A DNA stretch of 64,000 bases from an uncultured Syntrophobacteraceae bacterium. Its GTDB lineage: Bacteria > Desulfobacterota > Syntrophobacteria > Syntrophobacterales > Syntrophobacteraceae. The DNA is taken from positions 40 through 64,039 of the forward strand of contig CAYOVG010000003.1 of assembly GCA_964407285.1 (NCBI GenBank), written 5' to 3'. This document shows, piece after piece, positions 49,479 to 58,106 of this stretch. Position numbers and translations under genes: made by a program. Position 1 is the stretch's first letter. Every line of letters starts with the position of its first letter. The notes below the pieces were generated by a model. The model saw only the letters and a program-made list of their open reading frames with translations. It did not search any database and was not told the DNA's origin.

Positions 49479-52400
49479 CCAACGCCTTCCGCAGTTCCTG
49501 GTAGTGTTGTATCACTTTTGGATCGATCCATTCCGCCGGATTCAGGGGCATCCGCCCCCGGGCGTCGTCGGACTTCCCGTCCCCGTTGCCGCCCGCATAC
49601 CGGCTCTCCCAGTCCGTGAGAAAACTTTCCGGAAGCAGGCTCAGCCGCAGGCTCCCGAACCCGAGGTAGCGACCCTTGCCCATCTTGTGCGCCAGCTCCG
49701 GTTCCAGCACCGTACACCACAAGAGCCTCTGCAGTTCGTCCTTCTCGAGGTTCCAGAACCGGATCGAGAATCGGCACCGGGAGCCGGGTAGGATCGCCTT
49801 GACGTAATCGGCTTTGGGGGTATCCGGGTTGAAGCCGTCCAGTTTCTCCACGCAAGGGGCAAGCGGGGCGTGCGGGAAGAGCCTCCACTTCCCGGCGATG
49901 CGCAGCATCTCGGCGGGTTGTTTCGAAGCCTCCTTCCACCGGCCGTCGATGTAGCGCCACGCCCCGTAGGGGTACGGCACTTTGAACCATGCGGCGTCAA
50001 CCTCCTCGAACGGGGCGAAATCGAAGGAAATCCTTCCCATGATCGCCTGGTTCGGACCGTTTCCCACCCAGCCGAACAGGCTGTCCGCGGGGGTGAGCCG
50101 GCCGATGTCCGTGCTGGGTTTGCCGGAGTCGGTTGCGATGGTGTAGATGTGCCGGATCATTCCCTTGATGCTCTTGGCGGGCAGAGCGTAGAGCCTGGAG
50201 GGACCCCGCAGGGCCGCTTCCGGCGGAGCCATGGCGAAGTGGTCCCATCCGTTGATGCCCCCTGCCGACGCATCATCGAGAATGTGCGCCTGCGACGGCT
50301 CTCCGCTTGCCTTGACGCTGACCAGCGTCAGGACTCGGCCCTCGACCCGCAGCAACCCGCAGTAGCCCCCGAAAGCCTTGTGGGATATGAAACCCTGTCC
50401 GGTCCTCGGCGGATTTCGCGCGCCTCTCTTGCCTTCCGGAGCGATGGGGGTCCGGAGAAACGCATCCCGGGCGGCCTCCCCCTCGACGCTGAAACCGTTC
50501 CATATGCCGTCGCGCGTGTGGACCGGGCTTGCGAAAATCCTCCTGCCGACCGCATCCGCGTCCGCGGGCGCGCAGGTCAACCACCGAATTGAGTCGATCC
50601 GGCTCTTGACCCAGCCGAAGCCGCATGTCTTTTCTCCGCCGAGAGGGATGTCCCCCTTGCGGAAGTCGTCGAGCAGGTGCGCCAGGATGGAAAACGCTTC
50701 CATGTCCTTTTCGCCCAGGTCCTGCATGTCGAGCCGCAGGTTGAACGAGAGGTCCTTGCCGAAGGCGAAGAGGTAGTCCGCTTTGGCTTCCTCGATGGGA
50801 GCGCCCGTCGCGGGGTCCATTCTCACCCCGTCCATGGCGCAGGCCGATTGAGGCGGGATCGTGGAACCTGATAGATATGCGTCGGAGAAGAAAACCATCC
50901 CCTGCCGTCCCTGCTCGCCGAAGAGACGGTCCAAAACGAACGCCGTTTTCGACGATTCCCCCCACAGGGTCTTGAGCAGTTGGGACGCGCGCTTCCTGAA
51001 CGCGCCTTTAATGGTGCTTCCCGGTATGTACACCTCCCACTTTCCCCGCCCCTCCCTGGAGGGCGCCCAGGAAAGCATCCTCATGAATACGGTGTCGAAA
51101 GGCTTGCCGTACTTCCTGGAAATCTCGCGGTTGGCTACCCCGCCGGCGCGGAAGTCGGTGTTGTACGGCTGGGACAGCTCCTCGCGGGTATGGTCGCGAT
51201 ATCCCGAAAGGAGCGCTATGATGTTCTTGTCGTTCACGATGCTTTTGTTCAGGTTCCTGCTGTTGAGCATGTGGCGGTACTGCACCCGCCGGTGGGATTC
51301 GATGAATTCCCGCCAGGTCGAGGAACGTACGCCCTCGGGTGTCAAGTCCGGGTTGAGCCATTGCCGCTCCTGCATCTTTCCCTTGAGGAGCATGTTCTTG
51401 ATGCGCAGGTGCTCTTCCCGGATGGCGATCTCCTCATCGATCCAGCTATCGCTTCGGATCAGCTTGATCTGCCTGTCCACCTGCTGGTAGAGGTTCGGAA
51501 GGACCCTCGCGCACTCGCGCGACAGAAGGTCCGTGAAGGCGGATTCGTCCTGGACGGAGCCCGCCAGCCGGTCCGCCACGTCCTTTTCGAACCCCATCGG
51601 ACCGGCGACCTTCGCCCAGGTTTCCCTGTCGAACTGCTTGCCCTTCTTTCGCTCGTGCACCACGACGTCGAGCACGCGTTTGGCCATGTTGGCTTTCCCG
51701 CCGAGAGCCTCCTTGACGGCCGCCTCGACGGCCTCCTTGTTCGGAAACGGGCGGTCCGTGAGCGGCTTTACCTGGTCCAGCACCTTCTGGGACAGAGGGA
51801 ACTTGCCCTTCCCGAGTTTCCCCACGGCGGCGGACGGGAGCATCCAGGACACCTGTTCCATGCTGGACTGCTCCATCAGCCAGGCGGCCAGTACTCTCGG
51901 AAGGAATTCGGCCAGCTTCTTCTTCCAGTTGTCCGGGCTGAGGATCGGTCCCCCTATGGTGGATTCCAGCCGCTTGCGGATCGGCTGCGGGATGCTCCTC
52001 ATGGCTTCCAGGAGTTGACGGCCTTCGATGGCGGCGAAGGCCGGTTCGTTCGGGTCGATTTTTCCCCACGGCCACCCCACGAGGACGGGGTTTTCCAGGT
52101 TGAAGGAGAGGTCGATGGCGAGGTGGTTCGCGCGAGGCGAGACGGAAGGCGCCGTATCCCGAGGCTTGAAGGGGAGTTCGATTTCCAGGCGGCAACGTCC
52201 CAATCCCTTGCTCTTCCCGGCCCCGAACCAGAAACGGCCCTCCTTCAGTTCCTGCAATGCAAAGTAGAGCCTGGCCTCGTTTTCGTCCTTCTTGAGGAGA
52301 GGATCGCTCACCGTCATGGAAAAATCGAAGACCGAATTCCGGAAAAGGGTTTCCATCTTGTAGTTCGCGTTGGCTTCCGCCGCCCAGCGGTCCTCGTTGA

Positions 52401-52719
52401 GCTTGATGCCCATGCGGATGTCGAAGAGGTGGTCCCGCGAGTAGCTCTTCTCCTCGAGGCTGCACTGGACCTTCGCGACCAGCCCTTCCGGCATGGGGGA
52501 ACCGTAGAGCCGCAGCCACAACTGGTTGAGCAATCCGATGTTCTTTCCGGTTCGCGACTTGCCGATGAACGCGTCCATGAGGGATTCGGCGGTCCCCCCT
52601 ATTTCTCCGGCGAGGGACACGAGGCGCTGCGTTCCGTCTCCGTCTCTCGTGAAAAGGGTCTTCCGCGCATTTCCCCGGTAGATCGGGGATTCGGCCAGGA
52701 GCTTACCTTTGAGAATCAT
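49462..52719 (-). CDS. Fused multi-RAMP protein: three Cas7-like modules with a large insertion (gRAMP/Cas7-11-like architecture, 1085 aa)
   Basis: AAGGAGG lies 6 nt upstream of ATG 52719. Module 1 (aa 1-185): ESPIYRGNARKTLFTRDGDG, IRMGIKLNEDRWAAEANANYKMETLF, G-loop FGAGKSKGLGRCRL. Module 2 is split: AIDLSFNLENPVLVG (aa ~200-216), then WEVYIPGSTIKGAFRKR (561-577), LDRLFGEQG, GVRMDPATGAP, G-loop IPLGGEKTCGFGWV. Module 3 (aa ~785-1030): RVLTLVSVKASGE, YALPAKSIKGMIRH, ADSLFGWVG, GRISFDFA, RFSIRFWNLEKDELQRLLW, G-loop HKMGKGRYLGFGSLRL. Confidence 0.8.
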   Translation of the reverse strand: MILKGKLLAESPIYRGNARKTLFTRDGDGTQRLVSLAGEIGGTAESLMDAFIGKSRTGKNIGLLNQLWLRLYGSPMPEGLVAKVQCSLEEKSYSRDHLFDIRMGIKLNEDRWAAEANANYKMETLFRNSVFDFSMTVSDPLLKKDENEARLYFALQELKEGRFWFGAGKSKGLGRCRLEIELPFKPRDTAPSVSPRANHLAIDLSFNLENPVLVGWPWGKIDPNEPAFAAIEGRQLLEAMRSIPQPIRKRLESTIGGPILSPDNWKKKLAEFLPRVLAAWLMEQSSMEQVSWMLPSAAVGKLGKGKFPLSQKVLDQVKPLTDRPFPNKEAVEAAVKEALGGKANMAKRVLDVVVHERKKGKQFDRETWAKVAGPMGFEKDVADRLAGSVQDESAFTDLLSRECARVLPNLYQQVDRQIKLIRSDSWIDEEIAIREEHLRIKNMLLKGKMQERQWLNPDLTPEGVRSSTWREFIESHRRVQYRHMLNSRNLNKSIVNDKNIIALLSGYRDHTREELSQPYNTDFRAGGVANREISRKYGKPFDTVFMRMLSWAPSREGRGKWEVYIPGSTIKGAFRKRASQLLKTLWGESSKTAFVLDRLFGEQGRQGMVFFSDAYLSGSTIPPQSACAMDGVRMDPATGAPIEEAKADYLFAFGKDLSFNLRLDMQDLGEKDMEAFSILAHLLDDFRKGDIPLGGEKTCGFGWVKSRIDSIRWLTCAPADADAVGRRIFASPVHTRDGIWNGFSVEGEAARDAFLRTPIAPEGKRGARNPPRTGQGFISHKAFGGYCGLLRVEGRVLTLVSVKASGEPSQAHILDDASAGGINGWDHFAMAPPEAALRGPSRLYALPAKSIKGMIRHIYTIATDSGKPSTDIGRLTPADSLFGWVGNGPNQAIMGRISFDFAPFEEVDAAWFKVPYPYGAWRYIDGRWKEASKQPAEMLRIAGKWRLFPHAPLAPCVEKLDGFNPDTPKADYVKAILPGSRCRFSIRFWNLEKDELQRLLWCTVLEPELAHKMGKGRYLGFGSLRLSLLPESFLTDWESRYAGGNGDGKSDDARGRMPLNPAEWIDPKVIQHYQELRKALDAQQI

Positions 52720-52927
52720 TCACGCCTCCTTGTCTCTTGCTCCGCGGGAAATCGTGTTCACTGGTCATCCATTCATCCTTTCTCGCCTCGACCGGGATAT
52801 CGAGTAGTGGATAGTGGATCGCCGGCTTCATAAATACGGCCGCCATGCCCGCCATAGGGTTAAATATGTATGTTTATCACTATCGTATCGTGGCTGCAAG
52901 TTGCTTCGCTCAATTATAATCCGATAA

Positions 52928-54115
52928 TCAGGCTTCCAACTCCTGGTTTCCGGCCTCCGGCCTCCGTCTCATGGCGAGACTCAGTAACCCGGCCGCGAAC
53001 GGAAGCCAGACCAGCATCCGGATGGCGAATTCGATGCCGAACCGCTCCGCCGCCATGCCGACCAATCCCACTCCGAGTCCGCCGATCCCTATGCCGAATC
53101 CGAGCATCAGTCCGGCGGCCATGGCGGCGTTTTCCGCGATTACTTCCTGGGCGGCCACGATGGTTACCGAAAACGACGCCAGGAGCGCGGCTCCGGCGAG
53201 GGCGAGCAGGATGTAGCTCGGGAGCCCGTCCGTTTGGAGGAACAGGTAGAAAAGGGGAGTGGCCGCCATCAGCGACCCCGCTATGACCGTCTTCCTCCCG
53301 AGCAGGTCCGACAGGTGCCCTCCGACCAGCCCTCCGATCGCTCCCGAGAAGAGCATCAGGAACACCAGCCTGCTCCCGGTGAGAAGCGAAATGTCCCTGT
53401 GCTGGAGGTATAGCGGCAGGAATGCGACCATGCTGAAGAACGCGAGGGACCGGAAGGCGACGACCGCCACGACCTTCGAGAGTTCGAACCGGACAGGGCG
53501 AAGCGCGGGCCAGAGGGGCGGGGGGGACGCTTTTTTCCGTGAAGGGGTCTCGGGGACCGTGAACCGGAGAACGACGGAAACTACCACGCCGGGCAGAACG
53601 AATAAAGGGGTCCACTCGAGCCCCCATGTCTCGATGAACGGGACAGCCAGGAGCGGCGTAAGCGCCCATCCGACATTTCCGGAAGTGATGAATACGGCCT
53701 GGAAGAAGCCTTTGCGGTTGCCCCCGAGGGATGAAATCATCGCGGAAGCCTGGGGATGGAAGGCGGCGGTTCCGAATCCGGCCAGGGTCACGAGCGCCAC
53801 GAGCAGCGGATAGCTCTTCAGAACTCCGATGAGGCTGAGCAGGACGGCCATCCAGAGTGTTCCGGCATACACCAGCCAGCGCTGGTCTTTCTGGTCCACC
53901 AGGTACCCGGAAACCGGCTGAAAGAGCGAGGACGTGACCGTAAAGGCGGAAACGAGGAACGCGCCCTTGCTGATTCCCAGTCCCGCCGCGACCATGAACG
54001 GCAGGAGCGTTTGAATGTAGTTCATGTACCAGTCGTTCAAGCAGTGGGCGACGCATATGGAGGCTATGCTCACTTTCCGGGAAACCTGGGATGCTTCTGC
54101 AACTTCTACGCTCAT
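52928..54115 (-). CDS. MFS transporter
   Basis: 395 aa with about 12 hydrophobic helices and MFS-like loop motifs (GYLVDQKDQRW after TM2; GHLSDLLGRK in the second half). Confidence 0.85.
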   Translation of the reverse strand: MSVEVAEASQVSRKVSIASICVAHCLNDWYMNYIQTLLPFMVAAGLGISKGAFLVSAFTVTSSLFQPVSGYLVDQKDQRWLVYAGTLWMAVLLSLIGVLKSYPLLVALVTLAGFGTAAFHPQASAMISSLGGNRKGFFQAVFITSGNVGWALTPLLAVPFIETWGLEWTPLFVLPGVVVSVVLRFTVPETPSRKKASPPPLWPALRPVRFELSKVVAVVAFRSLAFFSMVAFLPLYLQHRDISLLTGSRLVFLMLFSGAIGGLVGGHLSDLLGRKTVIAGSLMAATPLFYLFLQTDGLPSYILLALAGAALLASFSVTIVAAQEVIAENAAMAAGLMLGFGIGIGGLGVGLVGMAAERFGIEFAIRMLVWLPFAAGLLSLAMRRRPEAGNQELEA

Positions 54116-54180
54116 GGTGATTTCTTTCTTCGGCTTGGTTCATAAGCCATGTATTTAAGGTAATGCTTGAAAGGACCCAT

Positions 54181-54273
54181 CGTCATTTCCGCGCCGGCGG
54201 GAATACGGGATTTTCGAGGTTTCCCGGACCCCCGCTCCCCGCCTGCGCGGGGACAAGCTTCGCGGGGGCGACG
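54181..54273. repeat. Copy C of the structured intergenic repeat family
   Basis: cgtcatttccgcgccggcgggaatacgggattttcgaggtttcccggacccccgctccccgcctgcgcggggacaagcttcgcgggggcgacg aligns with the copies at 9753 and 59181. Confidence 0.6.
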
Positions 54274-54436
54274 GCTTAAGTGCCGCCCTATTTTGAACCC
54301 TGCCCTTTCTTCCCTCATTCATTGTGGGGTTTTGTCCGGTGACGGGACGGACGGCAAAGGGCTTTTGAACGGCTCTTCCTCCGACTCCCGGCTTCCATAC
54401 CGCGTTCGGATCATTCAATCTGTATATCGCTCATAT

Positions 54437-54456
54437 CTTATTGAACGTTCAATAAG
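54437..54456. promoter_or_regulatory. Perfect 20-bp palindrome, candidate operator
   Basis: cttattgaacgttcaataag is its own reverse complement. It lies in the 614-nt divergent intergenic region between the MFS gene (start 54115, -) and the lipoprotein ORF (54730, +). Confidence 0.3.
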
Positions 54457-54729
54457 AAGTCAAATGCGGGGAAAAAGGTGGAGTGCGGCGCGTTCGCGGG
54501 GACTGCGGTCAAATGCCGGCGGACCGCCGTCGGATGCTGTTCTTCGGGGTACTGTTAATCCAGCAGGATACGGCGCCGGGCAGTATGGGGCCGGAGGCGC
54601 CCACGTGGAGGTCCCAAATCTGATTTCCCTTGAATCCCCGGACTTTACAGGATAGATCCCGGTAGATACCTTTGTCGGGATGGGCCGTCGTTACGGCGTT
54701 GACTTACCTGAACTTGCCTGGATCTCGTT

Positions 54730-55338
54730 ATGACTCGCTATTTCGTTCTCGTAATATGTTGGGCTGCAATTGCGATGGGAATGGCGTCCTGCGCGACGGC
54801 GCACAGGGCGACGACCGCCGGGAATCCCGCTGGAGCGGTCAACCCGGAGGCGGCGCGGGCGGAAGCGGCGGGACCCGCAACCGCGTCTCCCGGTACGACC
54901 GTGTCCTCCGGCAACTCCGTGTCCCCCGTGTCCCCCGCGACACCGGCGACACCGGCGACACCCGGCGCGCCCGGAACACCGGGGACCTCCGAAGCGTCGG
55001 GGGCGTCCGGGTCCCACAAGGCTTCCAGGTCGCCCGGTTCCGGCATGCCCGGTTCGTCGTCCGGCATGTTCCTGCGGGTTTTGCGCAATACTCTCGACAT
55101 CCTGAGAGATATCGCATGGATGATCAAATCGGCCATGCACTTGTGGACCGGTTCCTACTTCGCCGATTCGCTCGACGCCGCCGCGTGCGGCGCCTGCAAG
55201 AGCAAGACTCCCCCTCCAGCCCTGGTTTCCGCTTCACGTTCAAGCCTGAACCCCGTCCCCCGGATCTGTCTCCCGGATGCGTCCGCGACCGCGGCCGGAC
55301 GAAAACCGCTAAAGTTTGACGGCGGGAGTCCGATATGA
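54730..55338 (+). CDS. Putative lipoprotein with a Pro/Thr/Ala/Gly-rich low-complexity linker
   Basis: Signal peptide plus a lipobox-like AMGMASC. The third codon position is strongly G/C in this frame. A competing minus-strand ORF (54738-55136) covers the same low-complexity DNA, so the strand call is not secure. Confidence 0.4.
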   Translation: MTRYFVLVICWAAIAMGMASCATAHRATTAGNPAGAVNPEAARAEAAGPATASPGTTVSSGNSVSPVSPATPATPATPGAPGTPGTSEASGASGSHKASRSPGSGMPGSSSGMFLRVLRNTLDILRDIAWMIKSAMHLWTGSYFADSLDAAACGACKSKTPPPALVSASRSSLNPVPRICLPDASATAAGRKPLKFDGGSPI

Positions 55339-55482
55339 AAGACATGCGGGAGATGTGGCGCCGGATGGTCGAATGGCCTGTACCTTCAGGTTTTGTGGCG
55401 AAGGGACTCCGGGAGCGCGCCGGGACGACGCGTGGACATCCGCTCCGGACTTACCCTTTGGGAATGCAAGGGAGCACCAGTC

Positions 55483-56907
55483 ATGGGCAGACCGACTCTT
55501 ACCGATGTCAATCCGTTCTATCTCGGCAATGTTATGGATCTGGCCAGGGAGCACGAAGTCGTCACGAGCGACGACATATACAGCGCCCAGGGGATGAAGC
55601 TCGTCGCCAGGGGGAGAAGAGTTGACGAAAGCCTGTACGAGCGGCTGATCAACTTCAGTTTGCGCACTCCGCTGGAATCCTGCCTGGCTGTGGGCGACGG
55701 CGTGAGGGTCGAGACGCTCATGGAGGAAGCCGAAGCATTGCTGGAAGAGGTCGGACCGCTGTCGGCGCTCATGCGGACCACGAATTCCACCCGCAAAGCC
55801 ATGTCCGTGCTCAAAGAGACCCGCCTGGACCAGGTCGGCGCTCTGCTCATCACCATGGAAAAGGGTATGGGAACTCTGCCCCACAGCGTCCTCGTCTCTC
55901 TTTTCTGCCTGGCCGTCGGGATCGGGTTGAACCTCGGCGAGGATAACCTCCGCGTGCTCGTCATGGCCGGAATGCTGCACGACGCAGGGGAGCTTTACAT
56001 CGACCGGGAGTATCTGAAACCGAACCGCCGGTTGCAGCCCCGGGAATGGAAGCACGTCGCCGTGCATCCCCACATCGGCGAACTCGTCATCCGTGAAGTG
56101 GCGGGGTATCCGGAGCGCGTGGCCGCGGCGGTCGGCGAGCACCATGAAAGGCCGAACGGATTCGGCTATCCGCGCCGGATAACCGGTGACAGGATGAGCG
56201 TGCCGGGGAAGATACTGATGGCCGGTGAGGCCCTGGGCAGTCTCTTCACGAGGGACCGCTGGTCTGTGCGGCGCGTGAGCCTGGCCGTCAGCTTCATTCC
56301 CGGAGAATACCCGCCGGAGATAGTCTCTCTTATCGCGAGCATTCCTGTATCCGACGAATCCGCAGATTCGGGGAAATCCGGAGATTCCGTGGATTCGGGG
56401 GAATTGGATGCTCCCGGTTCCGGACGCAAGCCTCGGGGGGCGTCACCGGGCGGGGCGGCGCATGCCGATGCGCCGCTGGACGGCGACCAAGTTGCCTGGA
56501 TGAAACGCATCGACAATACGATAATCGGAGCGCTCGACGGGGTGGAGCAAGCGCTGGCGCGGGAAAAGGTCCCCTCCGCCCGGAGCGCTTTCCTTCAGCA
56601 GGTGCGGAAGCGGCTGCTCGTTCTTCAGGCCGCCATGCGGGACACCGTGTTCTCCCCTCATGAGGGGCTGTATGCGGATACCGACTGTGAAACGGAAACC
56701 ATCTCCCTGGAGATCCGGACGGTCATCCATGAAATAGAGTGGAGGCTGCGCGAAGTCTCGCGCCACATGGCGCTGAACTCCATGGCCGGAAAGGGGGATA
56801 CCGGCGGTTCCGACGATTCCGGCCACTACTTCGACTGGATGGCCGACTGCCTGGATCGAACTCCCGCAAACGCCCCCCGGCGCGCCGGATGCCGCCATGC
56901 GGCGTAG
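55483..56907 (+). CDS. HD-GYP domain protein (probable c-di-GMP phosphodiesterase) with a Ser/Asp/Gly-rich C-terminal extension
   Basis: Likely start is ATG 55483 (MGRPTLTD). Motifs: HD motif AGMLHDAGELY and HHERPNGFGYPRR (HHExxDGxGYP). Confidence 0.85.
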   Translation: MGRPTLTDVNPFYLGNVMDLAREHEVVTSDDIYSAQGMKLVARGRRVDESLYERLINFSLRTPLESCLAVGDGVRVETLMEEAEALLEEVGPLSALMRTTNSTRKAMSVLKETRLDQVGALLITMEKGMGTLPHSVLVSLFCLAVGIGLNLGEDNLRVLVMAGMLHDAGELYIDREYLKPNRRLQPREWKHVAVHPHIGELVIREVAGYPERVAAAVGEHHERPNGFGYPRRITGDRMSVPGKILMAGEALGSLFTRDRWSVRRVSLAVSFIPGEYPPEIVSLIASIPVSDESADSGKSGDSVDSGELDAPGSGRKPRGASPGGAAHADAPLDGDQVAWMKRIDNTIIGALDGVEQALAREKVPSARSAFLQQVRKRLLVLQAAMRDTVFSPHEGLYADTDCETETISLEIRTVIHEIEWRLREVSRHMALNSMAGKGDTGGSDDSGHYFDWMADCLDRTPANAPRRAGCRHAA

Positions 56908-58060
56908 GGCGCCGCATGGGACAGCATGATGTGAACTGGAGCGCTTTCATGAAATAACCGCCATCCTCGTCATTTTGCCTGCGGCGCCCGCGGATTATGA
57001 AAACCCCTGCCGGGCCCCGGTCGATAACGCTTCTCCCGTCCATATCGTTCTACTCAATGCTTACCTTTACTATACCGGCAGACGGGGCCTGTCCCCGGAT
57101 ATCGATCGCGCTCTGCAATCTCCAATGGGCGGATATGCCATTCCTATCCGGACGAAAGCGCCCTGGACCGTTTGCCGGGATAGGCGCAATCTTCCTGCAA
57201 TATGCCGTATTTTGAGTTAGTCCGACTCGTGTTTATGAGTATCGCAACAGGAGAGAGCCATGCCCACCTATACAGTTCAATTCCCGGACGAGACCGACAA
57301 GGTATTGCAGGAAATGTCCAGGAAGCAGGATGTAGACAAGAAGGAGATCCTTCGCCGCGCCATCGCTCTTTACAAGTACCTGGAGGAGGAACTCGACAAA
57401 GGGGACGGAAATAAACTGGTCATTGCGGATAAGGACGATAAGCCCGTTGGATGGCCGACTGCCTGGATCGAACTCCCGCAAACGCCCCCCGGCGCGCCGG
57501 ATGCCGCCATGCGGCGTAGGGCGCCGCATGGGACAGCATGATGTGAACTGGAGCGCTTTCATGAAATAACCGCCATCCTCGTCATTTTGCCTGCGGCGCC
57601 CGCGGATTATGAAAACCCCTGCCGGGCCCCGGTCGATAACGCTTCTCCCGTCCATATCGTTCTACTCAATGCTTACCTTTACTATACCGGCAGACGGGGC
57701 CTGTCCCCGGATATCGATCGCGCTCTGCAATCTCCAATGGGCGGATATGCCATTCCTATCCGGACGAAAGCGCCCTGGACCGTTTGCCGGGATAGGCGCA
57801 ATCTTCCTGCAATATGCCGTATTTTGAGTTAGTCCGACTCGTGTTTATGAGTATCGCAACAGGAGAGAGCCATGCCCACCTATACAGTTCAATTCCCGGA
57901 CGAGACCGACAAGGTATTGCAGGAAATGTCCAGGAAGCAGGATGTAGACAAGAAGGAGATCCTTCGCCGCGCCATCGCTCTTTACAAGTACCTGGAGGAG
58001 GAACTCGACAAAGGGGACGGAAATAAACTGGTCATTGCGGATAAGGACGATAAGCCCGTT
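56836..58060 (+). repeat. Perfect tandem duplication, 2 x 612 bp
   Basis: 56836-57447 equals 57448-58059 base for base. Track ORFs 56975-57220 / 57587-57832 and 57202-57414 / 57814-58026 are identical pairs offset by exactly 612. The junction reads ...gataagcccgt|tggatggccgac... Confidence 0.9.
57260..57541 (+). pseudogene. Chimeric first copy of the RHH gene: 62 native codons fused out of frame to the duplicated 3' end of the HD-GYP gene
   Basis: MPTYTVQFPDETDKVLQEMSRKQDVDKKEILRRAIALYKYLEEELDKGDGNKLVIADKDDKPV, then GWPTAWIELPQTPPGAPDAAMRRRAPHGTA*, which is the HD-GYP 3' end read in a different frame. Confidence 0.6.
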
Positions 58061-58090
58061 AAGGAAGTCGTGATCAGGAAGAAACGGTAG
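57872..58090 (+). CDS. Ribbon-helix-helix (CopG/antitoxin-like) small protein, intact copy
   Basis: 72 aa. An N-terminal beta-strand (TYTVQFPDE) is followed by two helices (DKVLQEMSRKQDVDKKEILRRAIALYKYL), the RHH pattern. AGGAGAG RBS. Confidence 0.6.
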   Translation: MPTYTVQFPDETDKVLQEMSRKQDVDKKEILRRAIALYKYLEEELDKGDGNKLVIADKDDKPVKEVVIRKKR

Positions 58091-58106
58091 GACACGGTCC
58101 GGAAAG

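Noticed and set aside
49870-52833. Plus-strand ORFs (49870-50592, 50980-52833 and others) antisense to the RAMP fusion gene
   Set aside because: They are Arg/Pro/Gly-rich shadow ORFs without motifs. The minus frame has repeated RAMP signatures, a strong RBS and operon-style overlaps.
52893-52908. Sigma-54-like tggctgcaagttgctt upstream of the RAMP operon
   Set aside because: The GG-to-GC spacing is off by one relative to TGGCAC-N5-TTGC, and the motif is on the plus strand, pointing away from the minus-strand operon.
54738-55136. Minus-strand 132-aa acidic low-complexity ORF
   Set aside because: It competes with the plus-strand lipoprotein ORF over the same Pro/Ala/Gly-coding DNA. The plus frame has a signal peptide/lipobox and a stronger G/C bias at the third codon position. 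Neither is certain.
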